A stretch of 63,302 bases of DNA, the filler included. It is 7 parts of 7 records of this genome, joined end to end, with 100 filler letters (N's around TTAATTAATTAA, not from the genome) between each part and the next. Parts side by side here need not be neighbours in the genome. Positions count along the whole stretch, not along the records: positions 53,013 to 63,302 come from SRR31156797_43821; 6 more parts are not named here. One strand, 5' to 3'. Each line of letters starts with the position of its first letter. Position 1 is the first letter of the stretch. Shown piece by piece: positions 55,483 to 63,302 of this stretch. The position numbers were made by a program, and so were the translations under genes. The notes under the pieces are model-generated. The model saw only the letters and a program-made list of their open reading frames with translations, was not told the origin of the DNA and did not search any database.

Positions 55483-57015
55483 CTATCTCTCCTCTTTGGC
55501 TTTTTCCATACGATTCAATGCGTTGATCATAGCGAGAGCACTCGCCTTGACCACATCGGCGTCATTGGCGCGCCCAACGGACCGAGTCCCATCGTGCGCG
55601 ATACGAACCGCCACGCTTGCCAAGGCGTCGGACCCTTCGGTTACGGCATTTACTGTGTATACTTCGAGTTTAGGAGCCACACCTACCATTGAGTAGATGG
55701 ACTGGAACACCGCGTCAATGGAACCTTCACCAAAACTGCTGTTTCGTTTGACTTCGGCCTCACCTTTGGCGCCGAATTCCATAACTGCGGCAGCATGCGG
55801 CGGGACGTCACCCGTACCGGAAAACACTGACATATCAATCAAACGGAAACGATCTTTACGACGATATACGGATTCCAGAATTAAAGCTTCCACGTCTTCA
55901 TCAAAAACCTGCTCCTTTTTATCGGCCAAATCCTTAACCGCCTTGAAAAGCACTTGGATCTGCTCCTCATCCAAAGTGTACCCCAGCTCCTCGGCTTTCT
56001 TTTTAACCGCATGAGAACCAGAATGTTTGCCGATAACAATATCATTACTTGTCCGGCCAATGGAATCCGGGGTCATAATCTCATACGTCAAACGATTCTT
56101 GATGACACCATCCTGATGAATACCGGATTCATGAGCAAAAGCGTTGGCACCCACAATTGCCTTGTTGGGCGGAATGGGCATGCCTATAATCTGCGACAAA
56201 CGACGGCAGGAAGGATACAATTGCTCGGTTTTAATATTGGTCTCGACATTGTACAACTCCTTACGGGTGTTGATCGCCATGACCAAATCTTCCAAGGCAG
56301 CATTCCCCGCCCGTTCACCAATCCCAAGCACTGTGCACTCAACCTGACGAGCACCCGCTTTGACCGCAGCCAAAGTGTTCGCCACAGCAGAACCAAGATC
56401 GTTGTGGCAATGAACAGACAAAATCGCGTTGTCCACGTTCTTTACGTTATCCTTCAAATATTTAATCAAATCATAATATTCAAAAGGCTGGGTGTACCCC
56501 ACTGTATCTGGGATATTAACGACCGTCGCACCGGCCTCAATGGCAACCTCAGTTACCTTGACCAAAAAATCCCAGTCCGAACGAGATGCGTCCTCAGCGG
56601 AGAACTCCACATTATCCGTATACTGCTTGGCGTGCCTGACGGCTTTGTCGATCATGACGATCACTTCATCAGCAGTCTTACCCAATTTGTGTGTCATGTG
56701 AATTTCACTGGTAGCGAGAAATGTGTGAATTCGCGGATTTTTCGCATCTTTCACAGCTTCCCAGCAACGGTCAATATCTCCAACAACGGCCCGGCACAGT
56801 CCAGCAACCTGCACAGTGTCCACAGCTCGAGCAATGGCTTGGACCGCCTCAAAATCGCCTTGACTGGCAATAGGAAATCCTGCTTCGATGACATCAACAC
56901 CCAATGTTTCAAGCTGTTGGGCCATGCGGATTTTCTCATCCTGATTCATGGTTGCGCCAGGGGACTGCTCGCCGTCACGCAAGGTGGTATCAAAAACGTA
57001 CACTCTGTCTGCCAT
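55483..57015 (-). CDS. leuA: 2-isopropylmalate synthase (start reassigned to ATG 57015)
   Basis: GGAGG SD; FDTTLRDGEQ, HCHNDLG, HESGIHQDG; C-terminal regulatory domain. Confidence 0.96.
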   Translation of the reverse strand: MADRVYVFDTTLRDGEQSPGATMNQDEKIRMAQQLETLGVDVIEAGFPIASQGDFEAVQAIARAVDTVQVAGLCRAVVGDIDRCWEAVKDAKNPRIHTFLATSEIHMTHKLGKTADEVIVMIDKAVRHAKQYTDNVEFSAEDASRSDWDFLVKVTEVAIEAGATVVNIPDTVGYTQPFEYYDLIKYLKDNVKNVDNAILSVHCHNDLGSAVANTLAAVKAGARQVECTVLGIGERAGNAALEDLVMAINTRKELYNVETNIKTEQLYPSCRRLSQIIGMPIPPNKAIVGANAFAHESGIHQDGVIKNRLTYEIMTPDSIGRTSNDIVIGKHSGSHAVKKKAEELGYTLDEEQIQVLFKAVKDLADKKEQVFDEDVEALILESVYRRKDRFRLIDMSVFSGTGDVPPHAAAVMEFGAKGEAEVKRNSSFGEGSIDAVFQSIYSMVGVAPKLEVYTVNAVTEGSDALASVAVRIAHDGTRSVGRANDADVVKASALAMINALNRMEKAKEER

Positions 57016-57065
57016 GATGTCCTCCGATTCTTCCCCTTTTATAGGGGGATTCAGTCTATGATTGC

Positions 57066-57213
57066 AAATATAGAAAATCGCCAAACGCACCGAATGCGTG
57101 ACGATAAGGGTCAGTACGACGTACCAATATGGGAGTGAGGGGATGAGCTAGTTGAGCTCTTCTTCCTTTGAACTATCCCTATGTAGTCGTTTGTTTCTGC
57201 GGGATAGTAGGAA
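57066..57213 (-). promoter_or_regulatory. Putative leucine-responsive attenuator overlapping the pssA 3' end
   Basis: Cluster of three CTA codons, alternative stems and a terminator-like hairpin directly before leuA (see findings). Confidence 0.5.
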
Positions 57214-57921
57214 AATAGTGTAGAGAGGGCCGGAAATAATATAGCCCAAGAAAATAACGAAGCCGAGAACCTTGGGGCGCGATGCGACCAAAGAAAAAAT
57301 CAAAATAGCCGTGACCATCCAGCTAAAAGGATGGGCCTTAAAAGAACTGAGTTCCTTGAAGGAATAGAAACGAACTGTGCTAACCATAAAGAAGGACAGC
57401 ACATACACTAATACCAATGCACCGGTGGGCATAACCGAATGAATATACTCTGCGGGGACATATTCGGAAAAAAGCACCAAAGTGGCAAGGGTGCAGGCTG
57501 CCGCAGGAATGGGCAGACCTACAAAGTGCTTCTTGGATGTAGTGGCGGCCTGAACATTAAAACGGGCCAACCGAAGGGCTCCACACGCCATGAACAGGAA
57601 AGCGGCCATAAGACCGAGTCTGCCATAGTCATTCAGTACCCAAAGATATGTCATGACTGCCGGGACCACACCAAAGGCCACCAAGTCAGCCAAGGAATCC
57701 AACTGGACTCCAAACTCACTGGTGGTATGGGTGATACGCGCGACCTTCCCGTCCAATCCATCGAACACACAGCTTGCCAGAATGCACAGGGCACAGGAGG
57801 CAAAATCCCCCTGAATAGCCCATGTCAATCCCAGAAAACCAATAAACAAACTGGCCGTAGTCAGCAGGTTCGGCAGGAGGTAGACGCTCTTGTGGCGCGG
57901 CAATTTTCTTTCTTTAACCAT
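57148..57921 (-). CDS. pssA: CDP-diacylglycerol--serine O-phosphatidyltransferase
   Basis: LPNLLT, DGLDGKVAR...FGVQLDSLADLVAFGVVP, RLARFN. Confidence 0.96.
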   Translation of the reverse strand: MVKERKLPRHKSVYLLPNLLTTASLFIGFLGLTWAIQGDFASCALCILASCVFDGLDGKVARITHTTSEFGVQLDSLADLVAFGVVPAVMTYLWVLNDYGRLGLMAAFLFMACGALRLARFNVQAATTSKKHFVGLPIPAAACTLATLVLFSEYVPAEYIHSVMPTGALVLVYVLSFFMVSTVRFYSFKELSSFKAHPFSWMVTAILIFSLVASRPKVLGFVIFLGYIISGPLYTIFLLSRRNKRLHRDSSKEEELN

Positions 57922-57953
57922 GACAATCTTCTGTTCTGTTTTCTGGAGTAAGC

Positions 57954-58595
57954 CTAACGCTTTTCAGCCAGAGGAGTTTCGCCTGCGACGACCTTCTGAC
58001 CGACGCTGACAGTTGGTACATAGCCATCAGGCATGTAAAGGTCAACTCTTGATCCAAACTTGATCAAACCATACCGTTCACCGCGTTTGAGCTTATCGCC
58101 GGGTTCAGCCCAGCAGACGATACGTCGAGCAATGAGGCCGGCAATCTGAACCATGGTAAACCGCTGATTGCCCTTGCCGGTGATAACCACAACGTTACGT
58201 TCGTTGTCTTTGCTTGCTTTGTCAAAGGAAGCATTAAAAAACTTGCCGGGAATGTAACGGATGACTTCAACCTTGCCGCTGACCGGCATACGGTTCACAT
58301 GCACATTGAACACATTCATAAAGATGGCGACAACTTGACGTTCTTCGCCGGAAATCGGATCGGTTTCACGTGTGACCTTGATCACTTTGCCGTCTGCAGG
58401 AGAACACACTGCCTCGGCATTCTCTGGACCAACCCGTTCGGGATCGCGAAAAAAATGACCAATAAAACACGTCAGGCCAAGCCCGATAATAGCCATAGGC
58501 CAGCAATCTATCAAAGCAAAGATCAAAGTGGTAAACGCAGAAATGATAATATAAGGCAGCCCTTCGAGAGCAACACCGACAGAAGGTTTCAACAT
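57954..58595 (-). CDS. psd: Phosphatidylserine decarboxylase proenzyme
   Basis: FFRDPER, SPADG, NVHVNR, FGSRVD self-cleavage motif. Confidence 0.95.
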   Translation of the reverse strand: MLKPSVGVALEGLPYIIISAFTTLIFALIDCWPMAIIGLGLTCFIGHFFRDPERVGPENAEAVCSPADGKVIKVTRETDPISGEERQVVAIFMNVFNVHVNRMPVSGKVEVIRYIPGKFFNASFDKASKDNERNVVVITGKGNQRFTMVQIAGLIARRIVCWAEPGDKLKRGERYGLIKFGSRVDLYMPDGYVPTVSVGQKVVAGETPLAEKR

Positions 58596-58740
58596 GATTT
58601 GTCATGCTCCTTTGCGTATTTTTTCAAATTCTTATCTGCCACACAGTCAAACTGCAAGGTTTGTTTTACAATATTCCAACCAAAACGTATATAATCTACA
58701 TGATATATCAAATTACTATAAGCCTGCAACTGGCCTCTCC

Positions 58741-59607
58741 ATGACGTGGTTCCTGCTTTCTATATCCGCCGCTTTTCTGATGGCCTCAAACTCGGCCTAT
58801 ATGAAAAAATTCTTCTCCGACGTTTCTCCGTGGGAGATGAGTATCATCCCTTTTTTCTATATTGTCCCCTTATGTGCCGTGGGCCTGCTCTTCATCGAAA
58901 TACCAGATATCGGCCCAGAATTTCTTCCCGCCTTGGCCTGGGTCCTCCCTATACTTATGGTCGCCATCATCCTGCATTTCCGGGCCATTCACATGTCGCC
59001 ACTTTCTCTTACCCTGCCCTTCCTGAGCTTCACACCGGTCTTCGTCTTATTTACCGGCGACATAATACTGGATGAAAAACTCAGCACACTCGGTGTAGTC
59101 GGAATGCTGCTCGTCGTCGCTGGTGGTTATATTCTGAATCTCGACAGCGCAAAGAACGATCTATTCGGCCCCGTGAAAGCCATCTTCAAAGAGCGTGGCT
59201 CAGCGATTATGCTCGTTGTGGCAGCCCTGTACGGATTGAGTTCCGTCGGTGGTAAAGTTTTGATTCTCAATTCCTCCCCCATGTTCACGGGCATGGTCCT
59301 GTTCGGACTATACGGGGTTCTACTTACCACCCTACTCGTGGCTATGGGCAAAGCATCATTTAAAGTGCTCCTCCGCAAACCGCTTTTGGGGATGGGAACT
59401 GGAATGATCGTTTTTGCAGAAATACTTTGTCATAACCTCGCCATGTCCATGGTAGCCGCAGCCTACATGATCACCATCAAACGTATGGCCGGAATATTCT
59501 CAGTTTTCTATGGGTGGATATTATTTAAAGAACACGGCATCCGTTACCGATTTGCCGGCACAGCAATAATGACCGCCGGAGCAGCCGTTATTGCGTTATA
59601 TGGATAA
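58741..59607 (+). CDS. EamA/DMT-family transporter (start ATG 58741)
   Basis: About 10 TM segments; SPLSLTLPFLSFTP. Confidence 0.85.
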   Translation: MTWFLLSISAAFLMASNSAYMKKFFSDVSPWEMSIIPFFYIVPLCAVGLLFIEIPDIGPEFLPALAWVLPILMVAIILHFRAIHMSPLSLTLPFLSFTPVFVLFTGDIILDEKLSTLGVVGMLLVVAGGYILNLDSAKNDLFGPVKAIFKERGSAIMLVVAALYGLSSVGGKVLILNSSPMFTGMVLFGLYGVLLTTLLVAMGKASFKVLLRKPLLGMGTGMIVFAEILCHNLAMSMVAAAYMITIKRMAGIFSVFYGWILFKEHGIRYRFAGTAIMTAGAAVIALYG

Positions 59608-59693
59608 AAGACATCAACCCCATCACTTAATCAGACAAAGAATAAGGCCGCCAGGATAATCCAGACGGCCTAATTTTATTCTTAATCTTATTG

Positions 59694-61667
59694 TTAAAAC
59701 TTTTCAAAACCTTCGTCATCGTTATCCATGGATATGACGACCCCCGAGGATGTCGCGGGAGCATCAACCCGAGAAGACCTAGAAGCCTGAGGTAAGGATT
59801 GACGAGGAGCGACATTCGCTACGACATACTGTTGCCCCATATTGCCTGCGTTGAAAAAGCTCATAGCATCCTGCAGTTGGACACTATGACCGTTAAGCTG
59901 CTCACTCGTAGAGGAAAGCTCCTCGGCAGCTGCTGCTGTCTGCTGAATGTTTGAATCCAGCATCGATACAGCTTCGTTAATCTGGGTAGCGTTTTCGTTT
60001 TGATCAATACTGGCAGAAGCTATTTCTTGCACCAATTCGGCTGTTTTCTGAATATCCGGGACAAGCCTTTTCAACATTTCACCAGCTTTATCTGCCACGG
60101 AAACACTTGATGTAGAAAGTTCACTGATCTCAGCTGCGGCCTGTCCACTTCTCTCAGCTAGCTTTCGTACTTCTGCGGCCACGACAGCGAACCCCTTTCC
60201 ATGTTCACCAGCTCGTGCGGCCTCAATCGCAGCATTCAATGCCAACAAATTTGTCTGTCGCGCAATTTCTTCGATGATAGAAATCTTTTCAGCAATATTC
60301 GTCATCGCAACCATTGCCTCGGAAACAGCATCACCACTTACTTGAGCATCAGAAGAAGCTTGGCGGGCAATATCCTCAGTTCGTTGAGCATTGTTGGTAT
60401 TTTGAGATATATTATTGGCCATCTCTTCCATTGACGATGAAATCTCTTCTATTCCAGCGGCCTGATCATTGGCATTATCAGACAGGCTCCCCGCTGCAGA
60501 AGATAGCTCATGACTCCCGGTAGCCACTTGCACCGATCCTTCTTGTACATCAGAAAAGACCTCACGAAGCTTATCACCCATAGATTTCATTGAACTACAA
60601 AGTTGACCAATCTCATCTTTTTGATCAACGTTGATTGAAACCGTCAAATCACCTGATTCAATCGCTCTGCTTAATTGAAGGGCCTTTCCCAAAGGACCTG
60701 TAATACCACGGGCAATAAGCCATGCGGCAGCCATACCAATAAGGATAGCTATACCAACAACAATGATGATCAAAGTTACAGCTTGTTCATTTGAGGCTTG
60801 AACTTTGGGACCAAGTTTATCCTGATCTTTTTTAACCGATAATTTAACTTTTTCGATATTCTGGGCGATAATGGGCCCAAGACGATCAAGAGTACCAGCT
60901 ATTACCTGATTATTACGGTCAAAAATAATTTCGACGACTCGCTCAAATGTAGAAAAATAGAGAGCCTTGGATTTCGCAACCTGCTGAAGTGATTCGTTGA
61001 GTGTTGAATTCTGTAATTCCTTATTCAAAAGCCCAATATATTCATCCATTTTGCCCCCTTCACTGCGAACACGATCAAGATGAACCTTCTCGTTAGAGGC
61101 AAGAAATTTGGCCTGATAAAGACGAGCCAACATAAGATGTTTGGTACAAACCGCCGCATTAAAGGCTGCTAGCGTATTGTTATCGCGACTGGCGGCATTC
61201 AAAATACTTGTCAACGTCTTTTCCATAAAAGGCCCTTGAACGTCCAAAGTATTCGTTACCAAATCATTCCGCTCAGCCTGCATTCTGGCCAACTGAGTAA
61301 AGCCCGCATTGTAATCAGCAACATCTCTATCAATCTTTGCAACAAATTCAGCTCGCTCTGGTTGCTGAATTTCATTTTTTATCTCCCGCATGAATTCCTG
61401 AACGACCTGCCAATACTTCTCATATTGCTGTTTGTCGTTGTCACTATTTGTAATAATAAAATCTTTAACATTCATGCGTACCATCAACATATTTGCCTGT
61501 ACTTGCCCGGATAAATTCGTATCACGAGCCAAACCTCGATACGTTGTGAAACCGTCTAATCCGCTAGACATAGCGAAATAACCGATGCCGCCAACCAGCA
61601 GCATTAAGGTCAAGACCCCACCAAACCCCAACGCAAGTTTCAAATTCACAGATATATTTTTTAACAC
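59694..61667 (-). CDS. Methyl-accepting chemotaxis protein with a large periplasmic helical sensor domain
   Basis: Two TM helices, [35 protein letters not shown]-terminal GFEKF. Confidence 0.95.
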   Translation of the reverse strand: MLKNISVNLKLALGFGGVLTLMLLVGGIGYFAMSSGLDGFTTYRGLARDTNLSGQVQANMLMVRMNVKDFIITNSDNDKQQYEKYWQVVQEFMREIKNEIQQPERAEFVAKIDRDVADYNAGFTQLARMQAERNDLVTNTLDVQGPFMEKTLTSILNAASRDNNTLAAFNAAVCTKHLMLARLYQAKFLASNEKVHLDRVRSEGGKMDEYIGLLNKELQNSTLNESLQQVAKSKALYFSTFERVVEIIFDRNNQVIAGTLDRLGPIIAQNIEKVKLSVKKDQDKLGPKVQASNEQAVTLIIIVVGIAILIGMAAAWLIARGITGPLGKALQLSRAIESGDLTVSINVDQKDEIGQLCSSMKSMGDKLREVFSDVQEGSVQVATGSHELSSAAGSLSDNANDQAAGIEEISSSMEEMANNISQNTNNAQRTEDIARQASSDAQVSGDAVSEAMVAMTNIAEKISIIEEIARQTNLLALNAAIEAARAGEHGKGFAVVAAEVRKLAERSGQAAAEISELSTSSVSVADKAGEMLKRLVPDIQKTAELVQEIASASIDQNENATQINEAVSMLDSNIQQTAAAAEELSSTSEQLNGHSVQLQDAMSFFNAGNMGQQYVVANVAPRQSLPQASRSSRVDAPATSSGVVISMDNDDEGFEKF

Positions 61668-62065
61668 CCCGACTCCTTAAGACCTTTTTTTGCCCAGAAC
61701 ATTGCTATAATCTTACCCACTTGTCAGATTTCAACACAGAAATAGCAATAGTGACTATTGTTAGAAGGTGAAAGACTTATAAAAGGGGATTAAGGGTGTC
61801 AAGATATATAACAACTTAATATCACAAGTTTTAGCTAAATTTCCCATAAAAAAAGAGAAAGAAGATCTCTCCCAAAAAGGAAGAGAATTCATTCTCATTA
61901 TTTCAACAACAAAATTTCAGATTGAAGGCCAATATTTTAAACCATGACTGACCAACTCTACGAAGATAGACTTTGTCCACAGTCAATTCATTTGATCAGA
62001 TTCATCAAAAAGGAACCAATATCTCAACTTTAAGACTTATTATGATGGACAAATACGGATTACAA

Positions 62066-63076
62066 TCAGGTCAGGAATTCATAAAACTCCTGCCCCAATT
62101 TATGCATAGGAAGCAACTTCCCCTCAAGAATCAACCCTTGAGGAATAAACTTCTCATTAATAAATTCCTGCGGTGGCTGAAATCTATTTTCTTTAGCAAG
62201 AATCACTGAAGCATGAGCTATGGCGCTATGAGCGATCAGCCCCTCTGGAAAGAATGCCGCCGAGTCGAGATTGGCTCCCACTGCATTAAAAAAAGCCTGA
62301 TATTTTCGAAAGCAATTTTCAGCAGACAAAGATTGCTGAACACCTGCCAGCACCTCGTTGGCGACAAAACTAATATTTCGTCCTTGCACGACGCCGTAAG
62401 CACCCTCTCGAGTCGGATCTGCCAACATAACACTCCCCGCGCCCAAAGAATGAATAAGGTCATGTGTCCGTTCACCAGAGATAGGATCAGTCTGGTAGCC
62501 CAAAGTTTGAATATCAGTAAAACCATTACGCCGCGCCTGAATCTGCAAGGCAAGCAACATGATACCGGTTCCAGCACCCAAATCGACACCGACAAAAGGG
62601 CCACCACAACACTGAGGCGCTTCAGTCTGTGTAATCACTCCACGCATCACATGAGCGGCACGCGGGGCATCCGCCAACACACGTAAAACGGATGACCACA
62701 TACGTAATCGATTCATTGTTTCGATGTCATCCGAAGGCTCATTCATGGACTGATGTCGCGAAAACTGTTCATACAGCCCGGCCACATCTCCATATGACAC
62801 AGGCTCATCATACGCATCATGCACATAAGAAAAGAAATATTTCACCGCGACATTGAGAAGACGGGCATCCGTAACAGCCTCAGAAGGATCACACAGTAGC
62901 TCTACATCCTGCGCCAAACTCTCCGCTGAATAAAACCCCGGAGCAATGCCGGTTCCAGGCTCGTTAATAGCTGCCGTAAAATTTCTGGCCTGGATTCCTG
63001 CTGATGCCAAGGGGGAACCGATCAACCCCATACAATCGTCATGCCTGCGCTCGTATATATCTTTTATCTTATTCAT
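62066..63076 (-). CDS. Hypothetical protein with a SAM-binding-like motif (start probably ATG 63076)
   Basis: GVDLGAGTG motif I; the listed N-terminal extension runs through a terminator. Confidence 0.7.
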   Translation of the reverse strand: MNKIKDIYERRHDDCMGLIGSPLASAGIQARNFTAAINEPGTGIAPGFYSAESLAQDVELLCDPSEAVTDARLLNVAVKYFFSYVHDAYDEPVSYGDVAGLYEQFSRHQSMNEPSDDIETMNRLRMWSSVLRVLADAPRAAHVMRGVITQTEAPQCCGGPFVGVDLGAGTGIMLLALQIQARRNGFTDIQTLGYQTDPISGERTHDLIHSLGAGSVMLADPTREGAYGVVQGRNISFVANEVLAGVQQSLSAENCFRKYQAFFNAVGANLDSAAFFPEGLIAHSAIAHASVILAKENRFQPPQEFINEKFIPQGLILEGKLLPMHKLGQEFYEFLT

Positions 63077-63242
63077 AATAATCAGGACGGTGTTCTCGGT
63101 TGGGAAATTGTTGCCACCGCGATCATAAATGCACGGACCATACCGAGAGCTAGTAAAAACGATCAAAAAAAATAAGATTTTTAAAAAGACGAATGAAAGG
63201 GAACTCAAACAAGCGGATAAAACACACAAACGGCCCAAAACG

Positions 63243-63270
63243 AAAAAAGCCGACCTCATTGAGGTCGGCT
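63243..63270 (-). terminator. Terminator downstream of the tRNA
   Basis: Minus strand AGCCGACCTC-AAT-GAGGTCGGCT-TTTTT. Confidence 0.85.
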
Positions 63271-63278
63271 GGATTCTC

Positions 63279-63302
63279 TGGAGCGGGAAACGAGATTTGA
63301 AC
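63279..63302 (-). tRNA. tRNA 3' fragment, probably tRNA-Gly
   Basis: Minus strand GTTCAAATCTCGTTTCCCGCTCCA gives T-arm, acceptor strand, U discriminator and CCA; the anticodon is outside the window. Confidence 0.8.

Noticed and set aside
57016-57090. In-frame upstream extension of leuA (MRLAIFYIC...) as a leader peptide
   Set aside because: No SD, no Leu run, and it starts inside the hairpin; the Leu-codon signal lies in the pssA tail instead.

Overview
This window is not one locus. It is seven unrelated contigs joined by artificial 100-nt spacers (44 N + TTAATTAATTAA + 44 N). (1) 1-10695, Desulfobacterota-like accessory region: end of a ketosynthase gene, small hypothetical genes, ecotin, a class III cyclase fusion, two lipoproteins, a GC-rich sulfatase, a radical SAM gene and an acidic protein ending in DDDIPF. 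(2) 10796-22256, Vibrio-like core region: dacB, two porins, greA, yhbY, rlmE, ftsH, folP, glmM, secG, tRNA-Leu and partial tRNA-fMet. (3) 22357-30205, minus-strand operon: GHMP kinase, glyQ, glyS, small protein, nucleoside phosphorylase, ligA, DMT transporter. (4) 30306-39859: TPP-riboswitch thiamine-salvage operon (cytX, thiW, ECF ATPase, ecfT, thiD) running into glutamate decarboxylase, then DUF3124, frameshifted prfB and a sensor kinase. (5) 39960-45552: reductive pyrimidine degradation (preT, preA, hydA) and a PAS kinase. (6) 45653-52912: pepA, cyclophilin, DUF3524 glycosyltransferase, aroB, beta-CASP nuclease, DUF3786 protein. (7) 53013-63302, Desulfovibrionaceae-like: psd, pssA, leuA, leuC, leuD, leuB, EamA, MCP, a putative methyltransferase and the 3' end of tRNA-Gly. 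Taxonomic labels are inferred from gene content only. The best candidate for something undescribed is a putative leucine attenuator built into the last codons of pssA. Other leads are the cyclase fusion with charge-swapped specificity residues and the SSB-tail-mimic protein. No CRISPR array, transposase or integrase was seen.
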